From positions 1 through 25,753 of IMG/VR virus record IMGVR_UViG_3300044724_003169: 25,753 nucleotides of DNA. The stretch is one strand, 5' to 3'. This DNA comes from a virus. Its lineage: Duplodnaviria; Caudoviricetes. The position numbers were made by a program, and so were the translations under genes. The notes under the pieces are model-generated. The model was given only the letters and a program-made list of their open reading frames with translations. It did no database searches and was not told the origin of the DNA. Shown piece after piece: positions 7,283 through 17,800 of the stretch (position 1 is the first letter of the stretch; each line of letters opens with the position of its first letter).

Positions 7283-8149
7283 ATGACAAATTTCAAATCA
7301 GGTATTAAAGCAAGAGGATCAGTATTCCCTGAACAAGCTATAAAGAAAGCTAATGATGAAAACAGATCTATTGCAAATATCAGTTTCCCTGGAGACATTG
7401 GTGCACATCAATTTGTAATGAACTTTGTTAAGTATAGATTAACATCTGATAGGGCTGTAGAAGATATTCAAGAGTCAATTGCATTGCCTTTACCAGGAAC
7501 AGGTATTACGGACAAAGCTGGTATAAAATATAATGAAAGTGAATTAGGATTGCTTGGAGGAGCGGCAATAGGTGGTGCTGGAGGAATTCAGAAAGCAGTA
7601 GATACTTTAAAAGAAGGCGGAGAGGTTGGAATGCCAAGCGGGCTTGCTGCAGCTAAAACATTTTTTGAAGCAGGTGGTGCAGGAGCTAGATCATTACTTA
7701 AACAAGTGGACGGATTAGGCGGAGCTGCTGATCTTGCTTTTGGTAACACAATTAACCCTCACGTTGTGCTTTTATTTCAAAACATACAGCTCAAAACATT
7801 TAACTTCACATGGAAACTATCACCAAGAAATCAAGCCGAGTCAAAAGTTCTAAAGAAACTAATTAATAGATTACAAGCTCACTCACATCCAGAGCAAAAG
7901 AGTGACGGAAACACATCTAACTTCTTTTTAAACTATCCAGATCAGGTTGACTTGTTTTACTTAGGAGTCAATGATAATCTTCATTACTTTAAAAGAGCAG
8001 CAATAACAAGTTTAGAAGTAAACTATCAAACAGAAGGAACTATATTGTTTGCTGGTACTGGTGCACCAGGTGCAGTAGAATTGACCCTTGGATTCCAAGA
8101 AACAGAAATATGGACTAAAGAAGACTACGATAGTGTAGGAGAAGAATAA
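7283..8149 (+). CDS. gp48: Baseplate tail tube cap, gp48-like
   Basis: INPHVVLLFQNIQLKTFNFTWKLSPRNQAES and FLNYPD...AAITSLEVNY...VELTLGFQETEIWTKED motifs; precedes gp53. Confidence 0.88.
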   Translation: MTNFKSGIKARGSVFPEQAIKKANDENRSIANISFPGDIGAHQFVMNFVKYRLTSDRAVEDIQESIALPLPGTGITDKAGIKYNESELGLLGGAAIGGAGGIQKAVDTLKEGGEVGMPSGLAAAKTFFEAGGAGARSLLKQVDGLGGAADLAFGNTINPHVVLLFQNIQLKTFNFTWKLSPRNQAESKVLKKLINRLQAHSHPEQKSDGNTSNFFLNYPDQVDLFYLGVNDNLHYFKRAAITSLEVNYQTEGTILFAGTGAPGAVELTLGFQETEIWTKEDYDSVGEE

Positions 8150-8688
8150 TGGCTATAAAAGGATATTTTTCAAACATACCATCTATTGAGTATGGTACAA
8201 AGGTAGCTACCAATTTGATAGCAAGACCAAAGGTAAAGGAATTTATATTAAACAATCCTAACGTGGTTTATGATTATGTAGTAAAGGATGGAGAAAGACC
8301 AGACCAAGTTGCAAGCTCATATTATGGTGAGTCAAATTTTGTGTGGTTAATTTTCCTAGCAAATGATATAGTAGATCCATACCATGACTGGCCATTAACT
8401 CAGTCGCAGTTAAAAGAATTACTAAACATAAAATATGGATCTAATGCAATAGCTAAAAGCACTATACTCCATTACAAACACAAAACAAAGGGAACCCTTA
8501 TTACTAAAGAAACATTTGATCTAAATGCAACAATGCAAAAAATACAGAGCTCTGACTATACAGCTATAAATGCATATGATTTTGAAGATGATAAAAATGA
8601 ATCTAAAAGATTAATTAAATTGATAGATACGAGACTAGCAAGTCAAGCATATGCTAAGTTAAGAGAAGCTATGATAGAGAGTGTTTAA
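8149..8688 (+). CDS. gp53: Baseplate wedge subunit gp53 (LysM-like)
   Basis: YFSNIPSIEY, YVVKDGERPDQVASSYYG...WLIFLANDIVDPYHDWPL and YDFEDDKNESKRLIKL motifs. Confidence 0.93.
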   Translation: MAIKGYFSNIPSIEYGTKVATNLIARPKVKEFILNNPNVVYDYVVKDGERPDQVASSYYGESNFVWLIFLANDIVDPYHDWPLTQSQLKELLNIKYGSNAIAKSTILHYKHKTKGTLITKETFDLNATMQKIQSSDYTAINAYDFEDDKNESKRLIKLIDTRLASQAYAKLREAMIESV

Positions 8689-9950
8689 TGTCGAATCCCC
8701 AATCTAATCAATACGAATTACTCGATCTTGTAAAGATCAAGTATCCTAAAGGCGTAGTAGACATTACGAATTCGTATGACAATATATCGATAACAGAGGA
8801 TATATTCAGCCCGTCCATTGCATGTACAATGGACGTATTGGATTCTGTTGATAATTTAGGCGTAATAGATTTTGATGGAACTGAAACATTTGAATTAAAG
8901 TTTAAAGGTTTAAAGGAAAGTGACAGAGAGATATATCTGACATTCAGAATATTTAAAGTAGACATTAACATTGACCCACAAAAATCAGATATCAAGTTAT
9001 ACAGACTACATGGAGTTACCCCAGAACATTATACTCAAGCAATAATGGATATAAATCAATCGTTTAAAATGCCTATTCATAAAGCTGTTGAAAACGTATT
9101 TGGAAAGTTAGGAAGCAAAAGAAAGTTAGACGTTCATGAATCATCTGGAACATACACATACATTGTTCCTGGTATGACTCCTTTTGAAACATTTGATTTC
9201 CTAAGAAGAAGAGCATATGATTCTAAGTATAGAGCTTCATTGTTTGTTTTTTATGAAGATGTAGACGGATATAAGTTTAAGAACCTAGAAAGAATTATTT
9301 TTGAAGAAAGAGACAATGCACTTGATTTTAGGTATCAGCCAGTAGCAAATATACAGACTGGTGATGATGATCCAAATAAAAACATTGAATTCTTAGAACT
9401 ATCATCAAACAAAGACGTTCTTCAAAAAATAAAATCAGGTGCATATGCAAATGCTGTTAAGGAAGTAGATCTTTTTAACCAAAGAGTAAACACTTCGGAG
9501 GTAAGAATAAAAGAAGACTTTGCAACTTTTACACACCTTGATAAGCCATCAATGTCATTAGATTCTAAAGCAATCATAGATGAAAGTCTTAATGTAATAA
9601 ACAGCACTCAGTGGATAAACAAAGTACAAAATGAAAAAGATGACAAAAGAGCTCAATTAATTCCTAGAAGAAAGTTTTACTTTGATTGCCTATCTCAAGT
9701 AGAGACTAAAGCAGTTATACCTGGCAATTCAAATATGAGTGTAGGTAGAGTTATAAATCTTGACATGTTAGAATTAGCAGGTAAAACAGATAATAAGCAA
9801 CAAGAGCCAAAGGTATCAGGTAAGTATCTTGTAACACAGGTAAAACATTTATTGGGCAAAGGTAGTTATAGAACAAACTTGATTCTTAATAAAGAAAGCT
9901 ATAATGCTAATGTAGAAGACTTAAATAAAAACATAGTGGTGAACAAATAA
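8688..9950 (+). CDS. Baseplate hub protein (gp27 / phage late control D-like)
   Basis: 420 aa between gp53 and gp5. ISITEDIFSPSI, FVFYEDVDGYKFKNLE and IPGNSNMSVGRVINL...SGKYLVTQVKH match the hub/VgrG N-terminal pattern. Confidence 0.72.
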   Translation: MSNPQSNQYELLDLVKIKYPKGVVDITNSYDNISITEDIFSPSIACTMDVLDSVDNLGVIDFDGTETFELKFKGLKESDREIYLTFRIFKVDINIDPQKSDIKLYRLHGVTPEHYTQAIMDINQSFKMPIHKAVENVFGKLGSKRKLDVHESSGTYTYIVPGMTPFETFDFLRRRAYDSKYRASLFVFYEDVDGYKFKNLERIIFEERDNALDFRYQPVANIQTGDDDPNKNIEFLELSSNKDVLQKIKSGAYANAVKEVDLFNQRVNTSEVRIKEDFATFTHLDKPSMSLDSKAIIDESLNVINSTQWINKVQNEKDDKRAQLIPRRKFYFDCLSQVETKAVIPGNSNMSVGRVINLDMLELAGKTDNKQQEPKVSGKYLVTQVKHLLGKGSYRTNLILNKESYNANVEDLNKNIVVNK

Positions 9951-11434
9951 TGCAAACAGGTGAATCATCATTCTCAAACTTCCGTAACTTCATTGGAGTT
10001 GTTGAAGATAGGAATGATCCAGAACAAACAGGAAGACTCAAAGTAAGAGTATACTCAATACATAGTGATGATACGTCAGTATTGCCTACTGATGACTTGC
10101 CATGGGCAATGGTTGTTCAACCAATAACGTCTGCTGGTATGAGTGGTATAGGAAGATCACCAACAGGAATAGTAGAAGGATCATGGGTATATGGTGTCTT
10201 TTTAGATGAAGGAGAGTTTCAACAGCCATTAGTTATTGGAACTATTGCAGGTAAACCATCTCAACTACCATCTGGATATGGATTTTCTGACCATATAAAT
10301 GAAGTATATCCACTAGATGACAGCTCTATATCCAATCTTAATGAGTCATCAGTATCAAGATTATCACGAAACAATGCCGAATCACACGTTAATTTATTAT
10401 CAAAAAGAAACAATAAGGAAACATTAGGAACAATAGAATCTGCAAAAGCATCAAAAGTTGAAAGTGTTCTAGCTGATAAAGATGATGCATACTATAAAAG
10501 GACAACATGGAAAGAACCTCATCCAAGGTTTGGAGGACAAGGTAGCGACTTTCCAGTTGGAGTACCCAAGTCATCTTATCCATTAAACCATTCGTGGTTC
10601 ACTGAAGCGGGTCATGTATTTGAAGTTGATGATACACCTAAGGCAGAAAGAATACACATCTTCCACACATCTGGAACATTCCAAGAAATTCAACCTAAAG
10701 GCGATAGAATGACAAAGGTCGTTGGAACTGATTACGAAGCTGTGTTTGGAGATAAAGATATATTTGTTAAAGGAAGCGTGAACATTACAATTAATGGTGA
10801 TGCAAGAACACTTATAAAAGGAAACAAGATAGAAGAGATAGATGGAGACTACATGCTAACTGTAAGAGGAGATGTAGTACAAAAGATTGCTGGCAACGAA
10901 GCAAAAGAAATTAACAGTGATCAATCAATACAAATCAATGGAAACAAAAGTGAAAGAGTTTCAAAAAATGTAACACTAACGACTGTTGGAAATTTTGTAG
11001 ATAGTATTAAAGGTCTGTTTACTAAAACTGTTACAGGAGAAGAATCAAGAACTAACCTAAGCAAGGCAACTCATATCTTACCCGACAACTATACTTTGCT
11101 TGGCGCTAACAATTTAAACATTGCTGCAGGTGGCGATCTCAATATTGCTGCACAAGGTAAAATGAAACTTAAGTCAGTAGGCGAACAGACTGTAGAGACT
11201 GATGCAGCACAAATTATAAATGTTGGTAGTACACAATCAATTACGGCAGCTGCTCATTCAACATTTAACAACAACTTAACAATAACAGGTACAACACATT
11301 CAGTTGGTGATGTTTCTACTGATGCAGGTAATGCTCCAACATTAGCAACACACAAACACAAACAAACAGGTGGAACGGCACCTGATGGTGATGGACCAAA
11401 TAATAAACAAACGTCAGTAGCGGATGAAGCATAA
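9950..11434 (+). CDS. gp5: Baseplate central spike gp5 (OB-fold plus beta-helix; no recognisable lysozyme domain; C-terminal HxH)
   Basis: FIGVVEDRNDPEQTGRLKVRV...DLPWA...GSWVYGVFLD...QQPLVIGTI (OB-fold), YPLNH...TEAGHVFEVDDTPKAERIH..H.SGTF.EI, VxG-type beta-helix repeats, ending in LATHKHKQTGG. Confidence 0.92.
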   Translation: MQTGESSFSNFRNFIGVVEDRNDPEQTGRLKVRVYSIHSDDTSVLPTDDLPWAMVVQPITSAGMSGIGRSPTGIVEGSWVYGVFLDEGEFQQPLVIGTIAGKPSQLPSGYGFSDHINEVYPLDDSSISNLNESSVSRLSRNNAESHVNLLSKRNNKETLGTIESAKASKVESVLADKDDAYYKRTTWKEPHPRFGGQGSDFPVGVPKSSYPLNHSWFTEAGHVFEVDDTPKAERIHIFHTSGTFQEIQPKGDRMTKVVGTDYEAVFGDKDIFVKGSVNITINGDARTLIKGNKIEEIDGDYMLTVRGDVVQKIAGNEAKEINSDQSIQINGNKSERVSKNVTLTTVGNFVDSIKGLFTKTVTGEESRTNLSKATHILPDNYTLLGANNLNIAAGGDLNIAAQGKMKLKSVGEQTVETDAAQIINVGSTQSITAAAHSTFNNNLTITGTTHSVGDVSTDAGNAPTLATHKHKQTGGTAPDGDGPNNKQTSVADEA

Positions 11435-12648
11435 TGAGTAAAGATTGCGGACCATCAAAAGCATCATTAGATTTAGATTCACAAATCAGTGGAGCAATGG
11501 ATACTGTAGCAGATAGCTTTATAGGTGATGCTGCTGGAGGCATTGCAGATGGAATAGCTGGATTAAAAGATAGCTTGACGGGATTGACTGATGGAATAGC
11601 AGATAAAGTTAACTTAGCAGTTCCAGAAATAGAACTTCCAAAAGCTAACCTACAAGCTCAGATGACCAAGATGATGAGTAGCGTTAATGATCCTGGAGCA
11701 TTCTTATCTGAGCTAGAAAGTATGAAGAAGAACTTTGGTGATACTATTGATGTTGACAAAATGCTTGAAGGCGTTGGAGTGGATCCAAGTGCGGTAGCAG
11801 GACTAGCTTCTTCATTTTCAAATTTAAAAGACCAAGCCAGCAGCTTATCACTTTCAGGTAGTTCAAATATAAGTGGAGGACTAGCTGCATTAGCAACAGG
11901 AGACTTAAGTGGCGTAAAGGATCTTTTAGGAGATTTGCCGTCAGTAACTCTACCAGGAACAGATCCATCAGCAGTATTAGATAAGATATGTACAGGTGTT
12001 CCAAATTTAGATTTAGACAAAGACGGCAACACTATAAAGAAAGGTGTCCCAACAAAAGCACCTGCTGCAGACAGTGAGCCAATAGAAGAACCTGTAAAGG
12101 CTAATAATGCACCACCACCAAAAAAAGAACCAGCACCAGCAGACAAACTAGAGAATGCTGAAAACGTAGTTCTTAATCCAGACACTGAAGAAGCACAGAA
12201 AATTGAAAAAGAGTACACTGAAGACATACAAGCAGTTAGACCCTTGCTAGCAATAATTTTAGAAAGACAAGCAACGTTTTATGAAAACAGACAGAAGATA
12301 AGAGACTTGACCGGAGTCTTTAGAACGAGCAAAAAGAACAAAGAAAAACAAAGAGAGCTCTATTTGGAAAACATAAGAAACCACAGAAGAAATAAAAAAG
12401 ATATTTTGTATAATGAGCTTAGAATGAAAAACTGGCAGTATATAAGAGACGACAAATTATATAAAGCAGACTTGATTAAAAAGAAACCTATTAAGCCAGT
12501 AATTAGTTGGGAAGAGATACATGAAAGAACATACTTTAGTAATTATCCAAAAACAATTGATCTAATTATACAGATTCCTAATCTAGTAATAAAGGGTGAA
12601 AGACCTGATCGTGTTATATTTAGCAGCAGTAAGATAAAAGGTAGTTGA
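11434..12648 (+). CDS. Hypothetical protein, probably virion-associated
   Basis: 404-aa ORF coupled to gp5 by a TAATG overlap. G/A/L/D-rich N-terminal half, Pro-rich linker and basic C-terminal region. Confidence 0.7.
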   Translation: MSKDCGPSKASLDLDSQISGAMDTVADSFIGDAAGGIADGIAGLKDSLTGLTDGIADKVNLAVPEIELPKANLQAQMTKMMSSVNDPGAFLSELESMKKNFGDTIDVDKMLEGVGVDPSAVAGLASSFSNLKDQASSLSLSGSSNISGGLAALATGDLSGVKDLLGDLPSVTLPGTDPSAVLDKICTGVPNLDLDKDGNTIKKGVPTKAPAADSEPIEEPVKANNAPPPKKEPAPADKLENAENVVLNPDTEEAQKIEKEYTEDIQAVRPLLAIILERQATFYENRQKIRDLTGVFRTSKKNKEKQRELYLENIRNHRRNKKDILYNELRMKNWQYIRDDKLYKADLIKKKPIKPVISWEEIHERTYFSNYPKTIDLIIQIPNLVIKGERPDRVIFSSSKIKGS

Positions 12649-12654
12649 GGGGTA

Positions 12655-12662
12655 GATAAATA
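12655..12662 (+). promoter_or_regulatory. Putative late promoter GATAAATA for gp25
   Basis: Intergenic, 7/8 match, 5 nt before the gp25 ATG (same spacing as at gp4). Confidence 0.6.
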
Positions 12663-12667
12663 AAGTT

Positions 12668-13048
12668 ATGGCTATATTTACAGATTTTAATAACAGTTTT
12701 GCAATACATCCGCCAACGGGAGACTTGTCACTCAAGAATGATGCTGACTCAGTAAAACAATCAATAAAAAATTTAGTACTTACTGACAAAGGTGAAAGGT
12801 TATTTCAACCCAATATAGGATGTAAAATAAGATCATTACTTTTTGAAAATTTTACTCCTCAATCAAAAACAGTAGCCAAACAAACAATAGAACAAACAAT
12901 AGAACAATACGAGCCAAGAGCTCAGCTAATTAACATTGATATATCATCGTCGCCAGATAATAACTATATGTACGTTAGTGTTATGTTCAACTTAATAAAT
13001 AGTCCCACAGCACAGACTTTGGAACTAGAACTAGAGAGAGTAAGATAA
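12668..13048 (+). CDS. gp25: Baseplate wedge subunit gp25
   Basis: HPPTGDL..KNDADSVKQSIKNLVLTDKGERLFQPNIGCKIRSLLFE...IEQYEPRA motif. Confidence 0.95.
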   Translation: MAIFTDFNNSFAIHPPTGDLSLKNDADSVKQSIKNLVLTDKGERLFQPNIGCKIRSLLFENFTPQSKTVAKQTIEQTIEQYEPRAQLINIDISSSPDNNYMYVSVMFNLINSPTAQTLELELERVR

Positions 13049-14841
13049 TGGCAAATAGCAGCTTATCAGTAGCAAATATAGATTTTTCAGATATTAAGAG
13101 CAACCTTAAAGGGTATCTTAGATCTCAGGAAGTGTTTAAAGACTTTGATTTTGAGGGATCTAACCTCAATGTGATGTTAGATGTACTTTCATATAACACA
13201 TATATGCAGAACTTTTATTTAAACATGGTTGCTGCAGAAGGATTTATTGATAGCGCTCAACTAAGAGATAGCGTAGTATCACATGCAAAAACGTTAAATT
13301 ACTTACCAGGGTCATATACATCATCAAAAGCTGTGATTGATATAGACATATCACCGACTGGAACTCCACCAAATATCACACTACCAAAGCATTCAAGGTT
13401 TTCTACTCAAGTAGAATCAAACACATATACGTTTACAACTAATGAAAGAATAACAATTTCATCTGATGCAGGCGGTTTATACACTGCATCCAATGTAGAG
13501 ATATTTGAAGGGGACATAGTCACAGAATATTTTACCGTAGCTACAAGCAACACAGATCAAAAATTTATTCTTTCCAATAAAGAAATAGATGTAGATAGCT
13601 TATCTGTAAGAATATTAACATCTAGTACTGATACAACTAATGCTGAATATGTACAATCAATATCTTCAATTGGACTTGATGGCTCATCAAATGTATATTT
13701 CGTAGTACCATCTACAGGGCAGAGATATGAACTACAGTTTGGTGATAATGTAATTGGAAGAACTCCGATTAACGGTAATGTAATTGAAGCTATCTATAGA
13801 AAGTCAACAGGAATAGAACCAAACGGAGCTAATACATTTACTTTAGTTGATGAGGATGCAGCATTATCCAACAACACAATATCATTAGTATCTTCTGCAA
13901 AAGGTGGAAGTGAGGGAGAATCAATAGATCAAATAAAGGTCAATGCTCCAAGATCCATATCAATACAAGATAGGACAGTTACAGTCAGTGATTATAAAAC
14001 ACTTCTTTTACAAAACTTTAATGATATAGAAACAATCAATGTGTATGGTGGCGAAGAAACAACACCTCCAGAATTTGGAAAAGTGATAGTATCTGTAGAT
14101 TTAAAAAATGCTGATGGTATTCCAGACAGTCGTAAAAAAGATATTGAAGACTTCTTAAGATTAAGATCTCCACTATCTACTGTACCTAAAGTGGTAGATC
14201 CAGAGTTTTTATTTGTTGACATTTCAACTAATATAAGGTACAATCCCAATATAACTGCGAAGTCTGACCTAGACATTAAGTCAGATGTAATTACAACAAT
14301 AACTAATTTTGCATCAAATAACATTAATAAATTTAACAGCAGCTTGAGAAAATCTAAATTAACTAGAGACATTGATGATGCAGATGCAGCAATTTTAAAT
14401 AATGAAACAACTATTGAGCTGGAAAAAATTATAGTGCCTACATTGGATAGTGCAAATAGCTTTGTATTGAACTTTAACAATCCCATAGTTCAAGAAATTC
14501 CTCAGGCAGATTCAACATATATTGATGGATCATCACCAGTCAAGTCTACACCATTCACATATAAAACAATCACTAACTGTTCATTAAGAGACAATGGTGT
14601 TGGTGTAATGCAGATAGTAAAACAAGCAAGTGGTGAAATTCAAATAGTGGAACCTAAGATAGGTACTGTAGATTATGCATTGGGTGTAGTAAACATAACA
14701 GGATTAACAGTCTCTTCTTATTCAGGAGCAGGTATAACTGTTACTGCAAATCCTGACACTCAAACAATCAGATCAGATAAGAATATAATTCTAAGCTATA
14801 ATAATACTCCACGAATAAACATTATACAAGAGAGAGTATAA
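13048..14841 (+). CDS. gp6: Baseplate wedge subunit gp6
   Basis: IDFSDIKSNLK.YL....FKDFDFEGSNLNVMLDVLSYNTY, DSAQLRDSVVSHAKTLNY, ELQFGD..IG, ESIDQIKVNAP....QDRTVTVSDY, VYGGEE..PPEFGKV and GTVDY..G motifs. Confidence 0.95.
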   Translation: MANSSLSVANIDFSDIKSNLKGYLRSQEVFKDFDFEGSNLNVMLDVLSYNTYMQNFYLNMVAAEGFIDSAQLRDSVVSHAKTLNYLPGSYTSSKAVIDIDISPTGTPPNITLPKHSRFSTQVESNTYTFTTNERITISSDAGGLYTASNVEIFEGDIVTEYFTVATSNTDQKFILSNKEIDVDSLSVRILTSSTDTTNAEYVQSISSIGLDGSSNVYFVVPSTGQRYELQFGDNVIGRTPINGNVIEAIYRKSTGIEPNGANTFTLVDEDAALSNNTISLVSSAKGGSEGESIDQIKVNAPRSISIQDRTVTVSDYKTLLLQNFNDIETINVYGGEETTPPEFGKVIVSVDLKNADGIPDSRKKDIEDFLRLRSPLSTVPKVVDPEFLFVDISTNIRYNPNITAKSDLDIKSDVITTITNFASNNINKFNSSLRKSKLTRDIDDADAAILNNETTIELEKIIVPTLDSANSFVLNFNNPIVQEIPQADSTYIDGSSPVKSTPFTYKTITNCSLRDNGVGVMQIVKQASGEIQIVEPKIGTVDYALGVVNITGLTVSSYSGAGITVTANPDTQTIRSDKNIILSYNNTPRINIIQERV

Positions 14842-17800
14842 TGCGTGAGATTGAAGACAATATTTCATTATTTGTCAAGGAACAATTCCCAGCTTTCTAT
14901 TCAGAAGAAGGACAGATATTCCAAGAATTTATTAGGGCATACTATGAATACCTTCAACAAGATAATAATACTTTAGACGTTTCTAGAAATCTATTACAAT
15001 ATAATGACATAGATTCAACAACAGGACAGTTTTTAGAACATTTCAAGGCTACATATCTTAGCCAATTGCCTGGACTAGTAAAAGCAGATGATAGACTTAC
15101 TATTAAAAACATCATGGACTTTTATAGAGCAAAAGGTACACCCAGAGCAGTACAGCTTTTATTCAGACTGTTATTTGATGAAAGTGCAGAAATAAAATAT
15201 CCAAGTGATGATGTCTTAAAGCCATCAGCTTCTGATTTTAAATTACCTAGATACATTGAAACATATGCAAGCGATCTTAACAAACTTATAGAGTTAGAAG
15301 GATTAGAGGTCGTAGGTGCTTCAAGTGGAGCAAAAGCATTCGTTGAAAGTATATCTACAAAGCTACTCAACAAAGTAAAAGTACACGTACTAACACTATC
15401 AAATCTGAGAGGCAACTTTATTAGAGGTGAAATAGTAGCAAAATCCTCTGATGGTATTCAAGATGATATGCCGGTTGTTACTGGATCATTATCCGATATT
15501 GAAATAACATTGGGTGGTAGTGATAATAAAATAGGTGATACATTTGACATTTTAGCATCATCAGGAAAGCAAGGTAGAGCTAGAGTAACATCAATATCAG
15601 CTGCTACAGGACTTGTAGATTTTCAATTAGCAAATGGAGGATTTGGATTCTCCAAAGATTCTAACGTAACATTTACTGATGTTAATGATCAGAACCTTCA
15701 AGTTAACAATGTTATTAATGCTGCACAGACATATAGTAATACCTTTACAGGAAACACACATGCCAATGGAGACGTAAATGTAGCTGCTCCATTTGATAGC
15801 ATTATCTATAGAATTGAAGATGCAGAGTTTTTTAGATTTGAAACAGTAGAACAAAAAGTAGAGAAGATATCTATACTAAGTGCTACAGACTTTAATAATG
15901 ACTTATCTGCTTATAATGCAGCTAACGATACTAACCACTGGACATATGCAACGGCTTCTGTAGATGAAGCAAAGACTCCTATAGTAAGAGGTAAGGATTC
16001 AGATGGCAATATTATAGCTAATGGATATCTAATAGGCAGTTCTACAGGAACAGGGACCAATGAGCTTACAGTAGCACTAACTTCTGGTTCATTTGGTAAC
16101 CAAGCAACAGCTACAATTAACTTAGCGTCCAATACTCATGGATTTGTAGTAAATGAGGGTATTGATGAAGAAAACGCTATAAGCCTAACAATACAAAATA
16201 CAAGTGGATCATTTTCTGTAGGAGATGTGGTTCAAGGTGACGAAAGTGGAGCTAATGGTATTGTGGTGTCAGTTAATGCTACAACTATGGTTCTAAATGG
16301 ATCATTTGGTAAATGGTCATCTAACGATAATGTACAGGACGTTACTTCTGGATTAGCAAATACTGCTAACGTCACAAATATTGATATTACAACAGCCGGT
16401 GCAAATGGTATAGTGTCTCAATCTAACGTAACTCACGTGGTAATAAATGAAGTTATTGGACAATGGAATGATGATAAAAAGATAAAAGGTAGACGAACTA
16501 ATGCTATAGCTATCACAAATACTGTATCAATAACTGGTGTATCTGATGTGATGTTTATGGCAAACGCAGATTCAAATGGAATAGCAGATGTGTTTTCTAA
16601 CGTATCTGTGACAGCACAAGTAATTGGATCAAACAGTGAAAACGTAGGTTTTAAAACTACAAGATATTCAAATGGCAGTTTAGCTAGTTTTCACAACTCA
16701 GCTGCTGCATTTATAAAAGGAAGAGACTCAAACACTTACGCAAACATTGTAGCTGTAGGATCAGGTCAAGGTGCAAACTTTAATATAGGAACATTAGAGA
16801 ATGAGGATCCAATAACAATCTATACAGATTTTATAGGTGAAAATAATGTAGCCAATTGTGCATATCTAGATTGTCTTATTGATGGAGGAAACAGCGGAAT
16901 AGGATTCGTAGACAGCTGTAATGTTGTTTCTGGAGGTTTAGGATATCAACAAGGTGCTGAAATAATATTTAGCAATGGTGGCGAAGGTGGTGGACCGCCA
17001 ACAGTGAATGCTGTAGCAACCATAAGTGTTGACTCCAATGGCACGATACTCAGCACAACTGTCACAAATCAAGGAGCAGGATTCTTTACTGAATCGACTG
17101 CAACATTGCCGGCAACATCAGGAGACGTAGCAACCGTGACTGGTAATTTTGATTTTGGTTATGGATTTCCAAAAGACCAGGACGGAGACTATACAACTAT
17201 TTTAGACAAAGTGCTAACAAGAATCAGTGGAAACGTTGGTACCATATCATCATTTTCTCAAATCAACCCTGGAAACAATTATAACTTTGATCCATTTGTG
17301 TCAGTGTATACTCCAGGTATTGCAAAATATAATAGAAGAGACATTGTAGTAAACCTATCTGATATGAATACAACGGCTGCAGGTGAACTCAGAGATTTTG
17401 TTATTGGTGAAACAATCAATCAGACAGTCACATTCCAATCGCAAGTTCTAACTGTTAGTGGTGGATTTACTTTATCATTCAACAACAGTGCTGCAGATGC
17501 TACAGCAAACAATTCACAAATAGAGGATCTGATAGGGGGATCTGTAATACAATCTGTAAATGCCAGTACCGATATACTAGGTGAAATGGTATCAGGAAAC
17601 TCTACATCATTGACAGTAACAAATTTAAGGAAAAGAATAGAGGACGGAAACAACAACTTTACGTTTGATGTTTCTAATCCAACTCCATTTACACAGAACT
17701 CAATTATCTTTGGAGATCCAAGTCAAGGAGATGCTAATATAGCATCGATAGCAGCGACTGTAGACGGTCTAGGAACTGTTTCCCAATCATCTGTAGCAAA

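Noticed and set aside
12881-12907. 12-nt tandem repeat CAAACAATAGAA x2 (QTIEQTIEQ) in gp25
   Set aside because: Short in-frame duplication within a helix; no evidence of function.
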